From an uncultured Elusimicrobia bacterium (GTDB lineage Bacteria; Elusimicrobiota; Elusimicrobia; FEN-1173): a DNA stretch of 64,000 nucleotides. Shown one piece after another: positions 1 through 12,200 of this stretch. Positions within the stretch are counted from its first letter, which is position 1; every line of letters begins with the position of its first letter. The notes beneath the pieces were generated by a model. The model saw only the letters and a list, made by a program, of their open reading frames with translations. It was not told the origin of the DNA and made no database searches. A program made the position numbers and the translations under genes. The stretch is from NCBI GenBank assembly GCA_964482515.1, contig CAYZXT010000006.1, positions 28,521-92,520 of the forward strand, given 5' to 3'.

Positions 1-1889
1 TCGTCGCCCGAACGCGAATAGACCGCGTAAAGCTTGTCCGACGCGGACGAGAGCGTGAGGTAGAAGAGCGTTTTCTCCTCGTCGTAGCCCGCCAGCTTTT
101 GGGAGATCCAATAGCCGGCCGGCTGCTGCATCAGCGCGCGCAGGCCGTCGCGCAGCAGCGGGTCTTCGTGCGACGAGCGAGGGAAAAGCCCTTCCTGCAG
201 CCCGACGAGGAACAACACTTTAAAGGAATCACCGCGGGCGTCCATGACCGACGCCACCCGCACGCCCTGTCCCATGCGCTCCGGCTCCAGCGACGCGCGC
301 TCCAGCCGTTCTTCCAGCGCTTCCAGAAACGACGTCCAGCCCGGCGGCTCGTTCAACGCGTCGAACAGCGCCAGGCTCTCGAGCGATGCGACGGTCTTCG
401 CCCATGCCTTTCCCTCCACTCCGTCGTGAGGCGGCGCCAAATACTCCCGCAGGATTTCCATGGCATGGGACACGAGGCCGCGCCAATTTTCAAAACGGCG
501 CGTGGGGTCCAAACGCTCATGGAGTCCCGACAGCCACGGCCAGAGAACGACGGCGCTCGCCGTGAGATCGCGGGCGTCTCCGGCGGACAGGGCCGACGGG
601 ACTTTCCCCTCCGCGCAGGCGGCCAATTTTCCCTGCCACTGGATCCAGCCCGAGTGGATACCCAAACGCTCCACGAGCGCGCGGGTTTCCGCCGGCACTT
701 TCTGCGCGCGGGAAAAATTGAGATAGGGAGACTCCGCCAGGTCGAGCAAAGCGCGGGCCGGCACGTCGCGGCGCCGCAGGGTCAAAAGGGCCAGCGCGGT
801 CTTGGCGATGGGGTGGCGGAGCAGCGGCTCGGAAGCCGCGAGGTGGAACGGGATGCCGTTCTCGCGGAAGACGTCTTCGACCGCCGCGCGATAGGGTTCC
901 AGCGAACGGGCCGTCACGCCGATCTGGGAATAGGGAACGGGATTGGACGGGTCCTCGCGCAGCCGCAGGATTTCCTTCGCCACGCGCCATATCTCGTCCC
1001 GCGCGCCCGAAGCGCTGATGATGTGAAAGGCATCCGCCTTCGGCCGGACGCCGGCCTTGTCCGGCGCGAAAAGACCGTCGAGCGCGCCGCCGACGGCCCG
1101 CGACGCCGCCCCCGGAGCAAGATGCTCGGGCGCCACGCCGCCCTGATGGAGTTTCAACTTGTAGAAACGCTCCGAGAAGGAGAAGGCCGGGTGCCCGTGG
1201 CGATAGGGAAAGAACACGCTCACGGGGCAGACTTCGCCGACGGACTGGAAGAAATCCGCCTGCACGCCGGTCAAGTCGTAGAACCCATAGTAAAGGACTT
1301 CCGCATAGGGAAATTTACCCGACGGGTTTTCCCGGAGGGACTGTGAAGCCCGGCGGGCCAGCGCGTGGAACGGCAGCAGGTCCAACTCCTTCAACCGCGC
1401 CGACAGTCTTTTCTGCAGGTGCAGCAGTTCTTTCAATCGCGCGCGGTCGTTCTCGTCCCGGACGAGTTCTTCAAAGTGGAATTCCAGGAATTGATCGGGG
1501 TCGACGCCGGCCTCCTCCAGGTCGCGAAGGGTTTCGCGGAAGGCCGAAGACAGGCGCCGAGAAAGGTTCTCATGCCGCGAGGCGAAATGGTCGCGCAGCA
1601 GCCCGTCGATCAATTTATCGAGGAAGAAATCATCCGTCAGCACCGTCCCGAACGAACGCCCTCCCGCCGACAGCACGTCGAGGGCCAGCGTGTAGAAGGT
1701 GTGGAAACGAACGTTGAGGAAGGTGCGGTTGTTTTCAACCGTGAGCAGGCGCTGCAGGCGTGAGGAAAGCTCTTTGGAGGGCGTGACGACGGAAATGGTC
1801 CGGCCTGGACCGGGCGATAAATCCTCCAGGCGTTTCAGGAACGCCGTTTCAAGCGAAGGCTGGAAGGGACCGCAGAAAACCTGAAACAC
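1..1889 (-). CDS. PD-(D/E)XK nuclease / AddB-like inactivated-helicase family protein, N-terminal part. The C-terminus lies beyond the window start
   Basis: The minus-strand frame is open from a GTG at 1889 (overlapping TAGTG with the upstream stop) to the window edge. The translation begins VFQVFCGPFQPSLETAFLKRLEDLSPGPGRTISVVTPSKELSSRLQRLLTVENNRTFLNVRFHTFYTLAL, which resembles the N-terminus of AddB/RexB-like helicase-nuclease subunits. The long plus-strand ORF 99-1346 is Arg-rich shadow sequence. Confidence 0.5.
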   Translation of the reverse strand, partial: MFQVFCGPFQPSLETAFLKRLEDLSPGPGRTISVVTPSKELSSRLQRLLTVENNRTFLNVRFHTFYTLALDVLSAGGRSFGTVLTDDFFLDKLIDGLLRDHFASRHENLSRRLSSAFRETLRDLEEAGVDPDQFLEFHFEELVRDENDRARLKELLHLQKRLSARLKELDLLPFHALARRASQSLRENPSGKFPYAEVLYYGFYDLTGVQADFFQSVGEVCPVSVFFPYRHGHPAFSFSERFYKLKLHQGGVAPEHLAPGAASRAVGGALDGLFAPDKAGVRPKADAFHIISASGARDEIWRVAKEILRLREDPSNPVPYSQIGVTARSLEPYRAAVEDVFRENGIPFHLAASEPLLRHPIAKTALALLTLRRRDVPARALLDLAESPYLNFSRAQKVPAETRALVERLGIHSGWIQWQGKLAACAEGKVPSALSAGDARDLTASAVVLWPWLSGLHERLDPTRRFENWRGLVSHAMEILREYLAPPHDGVEGKAWAKTVASLESLALFDALNEPPGWTSFLEALEERLERASLEPERMGQGVRVASVMDARGDSFKVLFLVGLQEGLFPRSSHEDPLLRDGLRALMQQPAGYWISQKLAGYDEEKTLFYLTLSSASDKLYAVYSRSGD

Positions 1890-2212
1890 TATTCCGGCTT
1901 CGACGGCGGCTGGAAGCCGAACCCTCCGCCGCCTTCCGAGAGGCGGCTCGTCATTTTTTCAACCTCGCGCAGGAGCTCCGTCGGGCGCGTCTGCGCTTCC
2001 CCCGAGGCCCAGGCGAGGATGTTGAACATCAGCATCGCGATGGAAGCGAAGGCGGGGTTGGGCTTTTCCGCGGCTTCCTTGCGGATGGCGTTCATCTCGC
2101 CGTTGATCTCCGCGTAGTCGCGGGACACCTTGAAGATGCGCTCGCCGCAGCCGCGGCAGAACTTGTCCTCCGCGCTGTAGACCCAACCGCAGGTATGCGT
2201 CAATGGGGACAT
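1889..2212 (-). CDS. zinc-ribbon domain hypothetical protein
   Basis: 107-aa ORF with CGW...CRGCG Cys pairs (CxxC-type zinc ribbon) and a hydrophobic segment. Its stop abuts the downstream helicase-like gene. Confidence 0.55.
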   Translation of the reverse strand: MSPLTHTCGWVYSAEDKFCRGCGERIFKVSRDYAEINGEMNAIRKEAAEKPNPAFASIAMLMFNILAWASGEAQTRPTELLREVEKMTSRLSEGGGGFGFQPPSKPE

Positions 2213-2228
2213 GGAACGCTCCTTTGGA

Positions 2229-2738
2229 CTATTTTTTTCGCCGGTTCTGGCGGACCGCTTCCGCCAGGACGATACCCGACGACGTCGAGAGGTTGAAGGA
2301 CCGGATCGACCCCGTGGCCGGGATCCGGAAGAACCGTCCGGGATACCGCTTCCAGAGGGATTTCGGAAGCCCGCGCGTCTCGGCGCCGAGGACCATGTAG
2401 GCGCCCTTCGGGATCCTCGCGTCCCAGAGGATTTTCTTCGCGTGGGTCGAGAAGAAGAAAATCTTTTCCTTCGGGATGCCGTGGAAGAAATAATCGACGT
2501 CCGGATGGACCTGGACGCGCACGTTGGGCCAATAGTCTAGGCCGGCGCGCTTCAGATATCTGTCGTCCAGGGAAAACCCCAGCTTGCCGACCAGGTGGAG
2601 TTCCGCGCCGAAACCCAGGCAGGTGCGGCCCACGTTCCCCGTGTTCCAGGGGATTTCGGGCTCCACCAGCACGACGCGGAAGGGGTTCGCCTTCGCGGCG
2701 GACGCTCTTTTGGTCATTTTAGTTTTTCCATTTTCCAT
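2229..2738 (-). CDS. trmL: tRNA (cytidine/uridine-2'-O)-methyltransferase TrmL (SpoU family)
   Basis: NPFRVVLVEPEIPWNTGNVGRTC ... GAETRGLP ... SFNLSTSSGIVLAEAV is collinear with E. coli TrmL (MLNIVLYEPEIPPNTGNIIR ... GPETRGLP ... SMNLSNAV). The start is ambiguous among TTG 2747, ATG 2738 and ATG 2717. Confidence 0.85.
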   Translation of the reverse strand: MENGKTKMTKRASAAKANPFRVVLVEPEIPWNTGNVGRTCLGFGAELHLVGKLGFSLDDRYLKRAGLDYWPNVRVQVHPDVDYFFHGIPKEKIFFFSTHAKKILWDARIPKGAYMVLGAETRGLPKSLWKRYPGRFFRIPATGSIRSFNLSTSSGIVLAEAVRQNRRKK

Positions 2739-2802
2739 AAACAACAATCCCGCCCTGAAGTTTCCTTCAAGACGGGACCATGGAGAGTGAATGTACGGCC
2801 GG

Positions 2803-3114
2803 CTAACCTTTTTCCCAGAGCTTCTTGCCTTTGAAGCCGTCGCCGGGGGCGTCGTCCGACGGCGGGATCCTCCGCTTGAGCTCCGCGTCGTCCGCGGCGG
2901 CCACGAAACGGAACTCGATCTCCTCGGGACGGATCAGGCCGAGGTTCCGCCTGGCTTCCTGCTCGAGGAATTCGTCGTCCCTCTGGGCACGCGCCAGTTC
3001 AAGCTGTTTGTTCGCCAACCGCGCCTGGGCCTCCTGCAGTTTGGCCGCCAGCCGGCTGTATTCCCGCCGGCGCGAAATGTAACCGCGCACGCCGCTGCTG
3101 GAGGCCAGCATCAC
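2803..3114 (-). CDS. ftsB: septum formation initiator FtsB/DivIC-like protein
   Basis: Coiled-coil segment (LAAKLQEAQARLANKQLELARAQRDDEFLEQEAR) immediately downstream of eno, as in the common eno-ftsB arrangement. The predicted transmembrane helix (VLWLSIGAFVLVMLASS) is encoded upstream of the first canonical start, so the true start is uncertain. Confidence 0.6.
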   Translation of the reverse strand: MMLASSSGVRGYISRRREYSRLAAKLQEAQARLANKQLELARAQRDDEFLEQEARRNLGLIRPEEIEFRFVAAADDAELKRRIPPSDDAPGDGFKGKKLWEKG

Positions 3115-3167
3115 CAGGACGAAGGCCCCGATGGACAGCCAGAGGACGTTCGTCTGGACGAATTTTT

Positions 3168-4529
<1,362 letters not shown>

Positions 4530-4561
4530 GGAAATTTCTCCTTAAGGTTATCTTGTTGTCA

Positions 4562-4613
4562 CCCCGGCGGAAGCCGGGGTCCAGATGAACTGGATTCCGG
4601 CTTGCGCCGGAAT
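4562..4613 (-). terminator. tandem GC-rich stem-loops in the pgm-eno spacer (possible terminator/attenuator or RNA-stabilising hairpins)
   Basis: CCCCGGC-GGAA-GCCGGGG (4562-4580) and ATTCCGGC-TTGC-GCCGGAAT (4594-4613) are perfect inverted repeats. No U-tract follows either of them. Confidence 0.3.
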
Positions 4614-4627
4614 GACTGCTTAAAAAT

Positions 4628-6082
4628 TTACGCCTTCAATCCGGCCAGGATTTGCCCTTCTTTGGCCAGGGACTTCAACTTGTCCTTGTCGTCGCTTTCC
4701 AAATAGATCCGGACCACGGGTTCCGTGCCGGACAAGCGGATGCCCAGCCAGCTGCCGTCGGCGAGGATGAATTTGTGACCGTCGGTCTCCACGATGCGGC
4801 GGACGTTCATCTTGCCGAACTTGGTGGGAGGGTTTTCGCGCAGCTTCTCCCGCAGGGCGATCATCTTTTCCGTCGTAACGTGGAAATTCAGCCGCTCCGT
4901 GACGAAGGGCCCGACCTGCTTTTGCAGCGCCGCCAGGGACTTCCGCAAGGGCTGCTTGGTGACGGCCACAATCTCCGCCGCCAGGAGACAGGCGAGCACG
5001 CCGTCCTTCTCGGGCACATGTCCGCGAATCGAAAGCCCGCCGGACTCTTCCCCGCCCAGGATGAAATGGCCGCCCTTCGAGGGATAGACGGAACTCTCGT
5101 GCACCATCACGTCGCCGATGAACTTGAACCCCACCGGGGTTTCCTTCACGGAGAGCCCGTGAAACTTGGCCACCGCGTCGATGAAATGGGACGTCATGAC
5201 GCTGCGCGCCACCACGCCTTTCCACCCGCGCGTCTTGACCAGGTGGTCCAGGAGGAGAGGCAAGAATTCGTTGGGCGAGATCAGGCTGCCGTCCACGTCC
5301 ATGATGCCGAAACGGTCCGCGTCGCCGTCCGTCGCCAGTCCCAGGTGCGCTTTTTCCTTTTGGATGGCCTTGTGCATCGCTTCGAGGTTCTCCGGTTCGG
5401 GGGAAGGGCCTCCGCCGTTGTACAGCACGTCGCGGTCCTGCCTCAGGGAGATGACTTCGGCGCCGCAGCGCTCCAGAAATTCGTTCAGGTATCCGCGGCC
5501 GGCGCCCCAGATGGCGTCCACCACGACCTTGAGCTTGCCCTTCTTGATGGCCTTCACGTCCACCAAGCGCTCCAGTTGCTTGAAATATTCGGGTTTGGGG
5601 TTCAGCGGAACGATCAGGCGCTTCTTGATGCCCGTGGCCTCGCGGCCGGTCTTGGGCGCGGCTTCGCCCGAGAGGTAAACGTCGCAGCCGGACTCGATCC
5701 GCTGGGTGATCATCGGCAGGGCCGGACCGCCCCAGTCGGAATTGAACTTCAGTCCGGAATAGGCGAAGGGGTTGTGGCTCGCGGTGATGATGATGCCGCC
5801 CGCGGCCCTGGAACGAAGGATTTCGTAGGCCACCACCGGCGTGGGGATGTCCCTGTCCGAGAGGTGGACCTCAATGCCGTTGGCCGCGAAGACGTTGGCC
5901 ACGGTCTGGGAAAATTGTTCGGAAAGGAAGCGGGTGTCGTAGCCGATGACGACGGAGCGGTTGTGGAGGCCTTCCTGCTTCAGGTAATCGGCGATGGATT
6001 GGGTGACGATGCGGACGTTGGCAAAAGTGAATTCGTCGGCGATGATGGCTCGCCAACCGGACGTACCGAACTTGATCTTCAT
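4628..6082 (-). CDS. phosphoglucomutase/phosphomannomutase family protein
   Basis: MKIKFGTSGWRAII, active-site loop ITASHNPFAYSGLKF, metal-binding LATDGDADR and sugar-binding GGEESGG motifs of the alpha-D-phosphohexomutase superfamily. GAGGAG lies upstream of the ATG at 6082. The ORF start at 6121 is a less likely alternative. Confidence 0.88.
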   Translation of the reverse strand: MKIKFGTSGWRAIIADEFTFANVRIVTQSIADYLKQEGLHNRSVVIGYDTRFLSEQFSQTVANVFAANGIEVHLSDRDIPTPVVAYEILRSRAAGGIIITASHNPFAYSGLKFNSDWGGPALPMITQRIESGCDVYLSGEAAPKTGREATGIKKRLIVPLNPKPEYFKQLERLVDVKAIKKGKLKVVVDAIWGAGRGYLNEFLERCGAEVISLRQDRDVLYNGGGPSPEPENLEAMHKAIQKEKAHLGLATDGDADRFGIMDVDGSLISPNEFLPLLLDHLVKTRGWKGVVARSVMTSHFIDAVAKFHGLSVKETPVGFKFIGDVMVHESSVYPSKGGHFILGGEESGGLSIRGHVPEKDGVLACLLAAEIVAVTKQPLRKSLAALQKQVGPFVTERLNFHVTTEKMIALREKLRENPPTKFGKMNVRRIVETDGHKFILADGSWLGIRLSGTEPVVRIYLESDDKDKLKSLAKEGQILAGLKA

Positions 6083-6136
6083 GGGGCGCAAGTCTCCTCG
6101 GAGCCTCGAGGGACTCCGCAACAGGTTTGAGCCGCT

Positions 6137-6165
6137 ATCCTATCACAAGGTCAAAAAGCTGTCAA
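6137..6165 (-). promoter_or_regulatory. sigma70-like promoter upstream of the PGM/PMM gene
   Basis: On the minus strand, TTGACA (6165-6160), a 17-nt spacer, then TAGGAT (6142-6137). Confidence 0.4.
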
Positions 6166-6284
6166 CGGCGGTCTGAGAGGGAAAAACGATGTGAAATCCT
6201 GACCTTAACAGTCATTTTTTGGGCGAATGGAGGACAGAAACTCGGCCGGATGGTAGGATTGATTTTTTGCCGGATGCAAACAGC

Positions 6285-9200
6285 TTAAGCGGAGGTCAAG
6301 AAAAGGCCAAGAGCCTTCAGTCCTTCTTGCAGGCTCTCAACCAGGCGGAAAATCGGCACCAGGACCACAACGTCCTTGTAGACGCCCAATTCGACCTGGT
6401 CCGAAGCGAAAATCACCGCATTTTTGGGATCCAATTGCCCCGCCTTTTCCAAGGCCGACAACAGCCTGTCCATCCTCAAGATCGCTCCGTCCAGAAGCGA
6501 CACTTCCGCGCGGGCCGAAGCAATGAGCGAGGGTCTCTCGCCGGCCAGGATGATCCGGATGTTGCCTTGGCGCAACAGGACGTCGTAGTCGCGCATGAAT
6601 TCCTCCCGGTCCCTGCCCGCATTGAAGGCTGCGTCCGCCGACATGCCTTGCCAGAAATCCGGAGAGGCTTGGCGCGGATCGCGCACGATCAGGGTCAAGG
6701 TGTTCGCCGTATCCCCGGCCGTTCCCGCATTATTGGCGACGAAGGCCGCCAGCAGTCCCGACACGGAGGCGCGCGCCGCGCCCTTCTTCATCACATCCGC
6801 CGGAACTTCAGCGAAGACGTCTTTGCCGCCCCTCATCCGCGCGGAAACTTTCGTGAAGACGACGCGTCCGGCGTATGCGGCCAGAATGTCACTCCGGAAG
6901 GTTTCATGGCCCCGCGGCGACCAAGCATCGCCCGGCGCGTTGTCGCCCAAAGACTCCAAAGCCCGCCCCAGGACATAAGCGGCCCCCCGGTCCCCGCCCC
7001 TTGCCGATTCCCGCGCCAAACCCTTGGTCAAGGCCCCGCGCAGAGCCGCCGGGTCGGGCGTTCCGTCCACAAAAGCGTTGCTGGCCAGTCTGATGTGAAT
7101 CCGCGGCAGGCCCAGGGCGTCCACCCCGAAATTCCGCGCCGGAGCGATGCCGCGCAGCCAGACGCGGGCCCGGTCGCGGAACCCCGACTCCTTCACATGC
7201 CAAGAATCATCGACGGCCACAGGGACCGGAACAACGGAAACCTCCGAAACCGAATCTTGCCGGGCGGATAGGATCGCGCGGAACGCCGCGGACAGAAGAG
7301 CGGAGAAGACCATCGCCAGAACAATCCCGCCGGCCACGCCGCCCGCAAGAGACCCCGCAAGGAAACCCAAAGATACCGGCAGGACCTGCGCCGCGAAATA
7401 GGCCCACCGCTCGCTCACCACGCCCAAGCCGTGCAGCGCCTCGTGCCCGGGCACGCCCAGGATATAAAGGCCGGCGCGGGACAACACCTTGAAAACGGGG
7501 TTTGAATGATAGACGAAATGGGCGAGGGAAGGATTCAGGACTAGCGCGTGTGTGTTCTTTTCAAATTCCAATAAATCGACGCCGGGCTCAACGCGGACCG
7601 AGCGGAACCCGAACAGGGGCGGCGCGCGACCGTCGGGGGTTTCATAGGCCGCTCCCGAACGCGCAGCCGCCGCCAAAACCAATCGGAGAATCCCCATCAG
7701 GACCAGCCCCGCCAGGGGCCAAGCCGCCGCCGCGCCCAGAGAGCTGGCCGCAAAACCGAAGGACGCGGCCAAAAACTGGGCGGACACCAGGAACGCCGCG
7801 GCCGCCACGCCGAACAACGCCGCCGCCCACAGCCCCTGCCGCCAGGTTTCCCGGGACACGGCCCTGCGCTCGATGTCCTCAAACAGCCTGTCATAAGCAT
7901 CCGACTCTCCTTCCGCTTCGAACCAATCGCGAACTTTTTTCAACGCGGCGGAACGATCCACCAGCGTTTCCAAAAGCCTATTCAGCAATTCGCTCCTTGG
8001 TCCATGGGCCGTCGGTTCCGATTGAGCGTCCCTCTCGCGCGATGAATACGCCTTCGCGGCGTCCTCATAACCCATTATGTCCGAAACTTTCCCATCATCG
8101 CCCACGAAGTACACTTGCACATACTCCGGAACCCGACATTTCAAAATAAAGTCCAACATGGCCTTTTTGGGAAACGCAGCATTCACTTTAATCGTGCACG
8201 GGACCGTGATCCCCGTGGTCAACTCGTTTAGGACGCGATGGATTATCAACCATTCCGATAGACCTTCTAAATTTATACTAATTACGGATGAATTATCCTC
8301 GACCCGCGTTTCCTCCTTCGACAACGATCTCATAAGGCCGCGAAGAGTTCCCATCATCTCCTCTGTAGGATTGGTTGGTTCACCAAATTTTCCGGACAAC
8401 GCCCAGGCATGGTCGTATTGCTTGGACCCGCTATCAACTATCAAGTCCTTTGGATTCGGATGGTGGAGGAACAAATTGACGATCATCGCCTCGGGAAATT
8501 GGCCGTCAGAGACAAAGACTTTATGCAGGGCCCGCAACCCAAAAAGAGGAGACAAATCCTTCACCCGGCTGGCCTCCAAGTGAAGTATCCCCAGACTGGG
8601 CAAGGACCCCATGCCTTCGAGGGGTTCCTGTCTTTGTCCCACATTGACCAGCAACCCGAATACATTTTTTTCCACCGTGGCTGAAGGGCCAAACAGGTCC
8701 CTCGCCCGCGTTACTTGGCTTTCGAGAGTGGGGAAGCGATCCTCAGCGGCCGGGGCCGGCGTCGCAATGGGCCCCATATCGGCGAACTCTTCCGGGTGCG
8801 CGCGGCGATAAGCGACAGCCTCGGGATAGGCTATTGTTCTGAACGATTTAAAAAATCCGATCTTGACGGCCTCGGGTCGAGGGGAACTTAAAATGATCCT
8901 CGACAGCACGGCTTCGGAAAATTGCCCTTCTTCGATAACTATTTTTAAATTCCTTACGTTAAGGTATTGAACCATTTTCAGCATGTCGGAACCCTTTATG
9001 CTCGCTCCGACAAAAAAAGTAAATTCCCCGAAGGATGACGGGTGAATGCTGCTCTCATTGGCGGCTGCGGGCCCGACTATTGCTTTCAGGTCATTCGACA
9101 ATTCCGCCGCAATCACAGAATCATTGTATGACGGAAAGATATGATCCATGCGATACGTCTTCTTACCTTTTCCCGATCTGGAAATTTCAGCAATAAAAGC

Positions 9201-12200
9201 CTTCGGCGCAGGACTATAATCCTGATAAAAACTCCTGATATCCTTTTTACGAAATTTCCCCTCTGGAATACTCATGGTTTTCAGCCCTCGTAATCCACTG
9301 AAAACCCTCAAGTCGGAAGGGCCATCCTCCTTAATAATGATCGATTCGATGCTCGGGCACTTCCTCCAAAGGACGTCCCAGGAAACCGCATAGTCCCGGT
9401 CAAGCATTAACTCCAGGGGACCATCATCACGCAAATGAACTTGATTTTCGCCGAAGGTGTCAACGAGAATCCGCCGCTGCTCCTCGATCGTGGGGAAGGG
9501 GTCCGGCGTATCTGCAGGCTGGACAGTCCGCTGCGCGGCGGGCGGCGTTGTCCCGGGCAACGCCATGAGGGAGAACTGCTTTGGGTGCGCGCGGTAATAC
9601 GCGACAGCCTCGGAATAACTCATTGAACGAGACTCCCCCTCATCGGATGAAAAGATAAAATGAACGTTCTCGGGCACGGGGGAAGTTAAAATAAAAAAGG
9701 TCATGAAAAATTCGTCGATTTGAAATCCTTCAGACATCAGAAAGACTTCTCTCATTTCAGAAAAGCCCGTCAGTACCCTCAATTCATCGACGCCCAGCCC
9801 TTGAGAAAGGCGAATGCGTAATTGCCACATATCCTGCATAAACTCCGCTGTCACAGAACTCATCATGTTGTGTCGCCCGAGTTTTTCCCTGATTATCGCC
9901 CTGACTTCCTTGAAGCCGGACCCTGGAATGAAGTCCGCCGCCGAAAACCATTTCATGCCTCCAGACGGATTGTCTGAATAAATACGGATCCTTCCAGAGT
10001 TTTCAGCTTCGCGATAAAACCTTTCAAGTTCCACTCGATGAAACCTCCCGGCTGGAAGCTGGATATTGCGCAGACCCCTTATCCCTTCATAAAAGTTAAT
10101 ACTGAGGGTGCCGTTTTCCCCGACAATTATCGTCCTAATGCTCGGGCAATGCTTCCAAAGGGATTCACACTCCCTATAAGGAAATAAATCTCTATCATCC
10201 ACAGTTAACTCCAAATCCCCGTTCCTATCCACCTTCACTTTTTCGGGCCCGAAGATATCAATGAGCGCTTCACGCTGCTCCTCGATCGCGGGGAAGGGGT
10301 CCGGCGTATCAGCAGGCTGGACAGTCCGCTGCGCGGCGGGCGGCGTTGCCCCGGGCAACGTGACGGTGAACTCCTCCGGGTGCGCGCGGCAATAGGCGAC
10401 AGCCTTGGAATAATCCATAAAACGGGGGGTCTCCCCTTGCATTATAATCTCCTGAATCTCCTCAATCGAGACGCCCTCGGGAAAAGGAGCGCTCAGAACG
10501 ATTCGGGCCATGTCGGCATCCGTAAATTGATCATGATCCACAAATATCAGGATACTCGCTCGACGAGAGTATTCCGTCATTTTCATTAAGTCGGGAACCG
10601 TCGCAACCTTCGTAGGTTTAATCTCATACTTACGAGATACCCCCAGACGAACATAAATATCACGCGTCAAGTGGGGCGGGACGAATTCTCGGCACGCCTC
10701 TTCCATCTCGGATATTAAATTTTCGTTGCTCAATCCAGGGGTGAAGGTGCTCGCCGAATAACTTTGTCTTACTATTTCTTCATCCCACACATGAACGACA
10801 ATTCGCATGGGATCATTTTCATTCCCAAAAAAAAGGCCGACGTCGTCATCAGAAAATTTTCCCGGTGGAATAAAAATGGTTCTCAGCCCTCTTAATCCAT
10901 TGAAAATCCTCAAGTCGGAAGGGCCATCCTCCCTGATAATGATCGATTCGATGCTCGGGCACTTCTTCCAAAGGGCGTCCCAAGAAACCTCGTAGTCCCG
11001 GTCAAGCGTTAGCCCCAGGTTACCGTGGAGAAGCAAACGAACTTGATTTTCGCCGAAGGTCTCAACAAGAATCCGCCGCTGCTCCTCGATCGTGGGGAAG
11101 TGACCGGAGGCATCCAATACATTATCGGGATAAACAGAATCAACCGGCGCCTCCTTCAAAACGGGCGCCCGTTCCCTGTCGCGGCGGGCGACGGCGTAAA
11201 TGTAAGCCGCTTCCACGCGGGACTGCAGTTCCCGCGCGCTCATGATGATGTAAGGCGCTTCTTTCAGATAGGCGGCCGCCTGGGGCTCGTCCAATGTCCC
11301 GGAAACAACAACCACCTCGAACCCCCTGTCCTTGAGGAAATGGACGAACTCGCCGGCGATGAGATTGCCCCCGTTGGCCGGCAGGCCGTGAACGAGCAAC
11401 GGCGGCCGGGTCGAAGCGGTGGGCATGCCACCGCGGCGGAACCCCCGCAAGGGATTGCGCAGGAACTTGGGGAGATAGAGCGTTCCGGTCCCGGGCGGGC
11501 CGAACTCCCGGCCCGGAGTCGCACGCCGCTGCACGAAAGCGGAAGCTTCCGCGTCAAGGAGGGATGAAACCGTCGTGCTTAATTCCTTCATTTTTGAATA
11601 TCGGGACTCCTCACTCAGAACGCTGGGGACAGGACGCGCCGATACGGATTCAGAGATCTGGACATCGTTATTGTCGTCGCGAGCCTTCGATTCATGAGCT
11701 CCCTCAATTCCATCGTATCGGGAGCCGACCGTTTCCGAGGCAACCCGACCAAACAATCCCGCCAGCCGACCCATTTGCGATATCCGGATCCGCCCAAGGA
11801 ACCCCAAAAATCGGGTCAACCGAGAATCTTCGGTTGAGACCCCTTCTGCCCTGGCCGCCGACAACTTGATCCCGCCATAAACCATGGACGCCAATAAACT
11901 GAGTCCGACAATAATAACCAGCGGAAGATAATTCGGCATTCCACGCAACAGCTCGGGTTCAGGAATTCTGGGAATCATTGCCGGAAGCGCCGAAGATCCC
12001 GAATTCGCGTGAACAACAAGAAGAGCCAGGATTCCCGAAGCCAAAAGGACCCCCGCGGCCAATGCCAGCCGCCTCATCCGAAATCGCGACCCGGCCGGCG
12101 CTTTATTCGATTTCAATTTAGCTTGCGCGATGGCCAATATCTTCGCTTTCCTCGCCGTCAAATCCTTGTCTCCGAGAAATCCCAGGGCCGTCAGAATCGA

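Noticed and set aside
99-1346. 415-aa plus-strand ORF at the window start
   Set aside because: Arg/Ala/Gly/Gln-rich, low-complexity translation typical of a GC-rich shadow frame. The opposite strand encodes a coherent helicase-nuclease-like protein.
4652-6130. 492-aa plus-strand ORF
   Set aside because: Antisense to the well-supported PGM/PMM gene. The composition (RG/AA/VV runs) is non-protein-like.
8650-11860. Possibility that the repeated DNA is a CRISPR array or IS remnants
   Set aside because: The repeat units are about 800 bp, coding, in-frame and protein-level similar. There are no short regular repeat-spacer units and no transposase.
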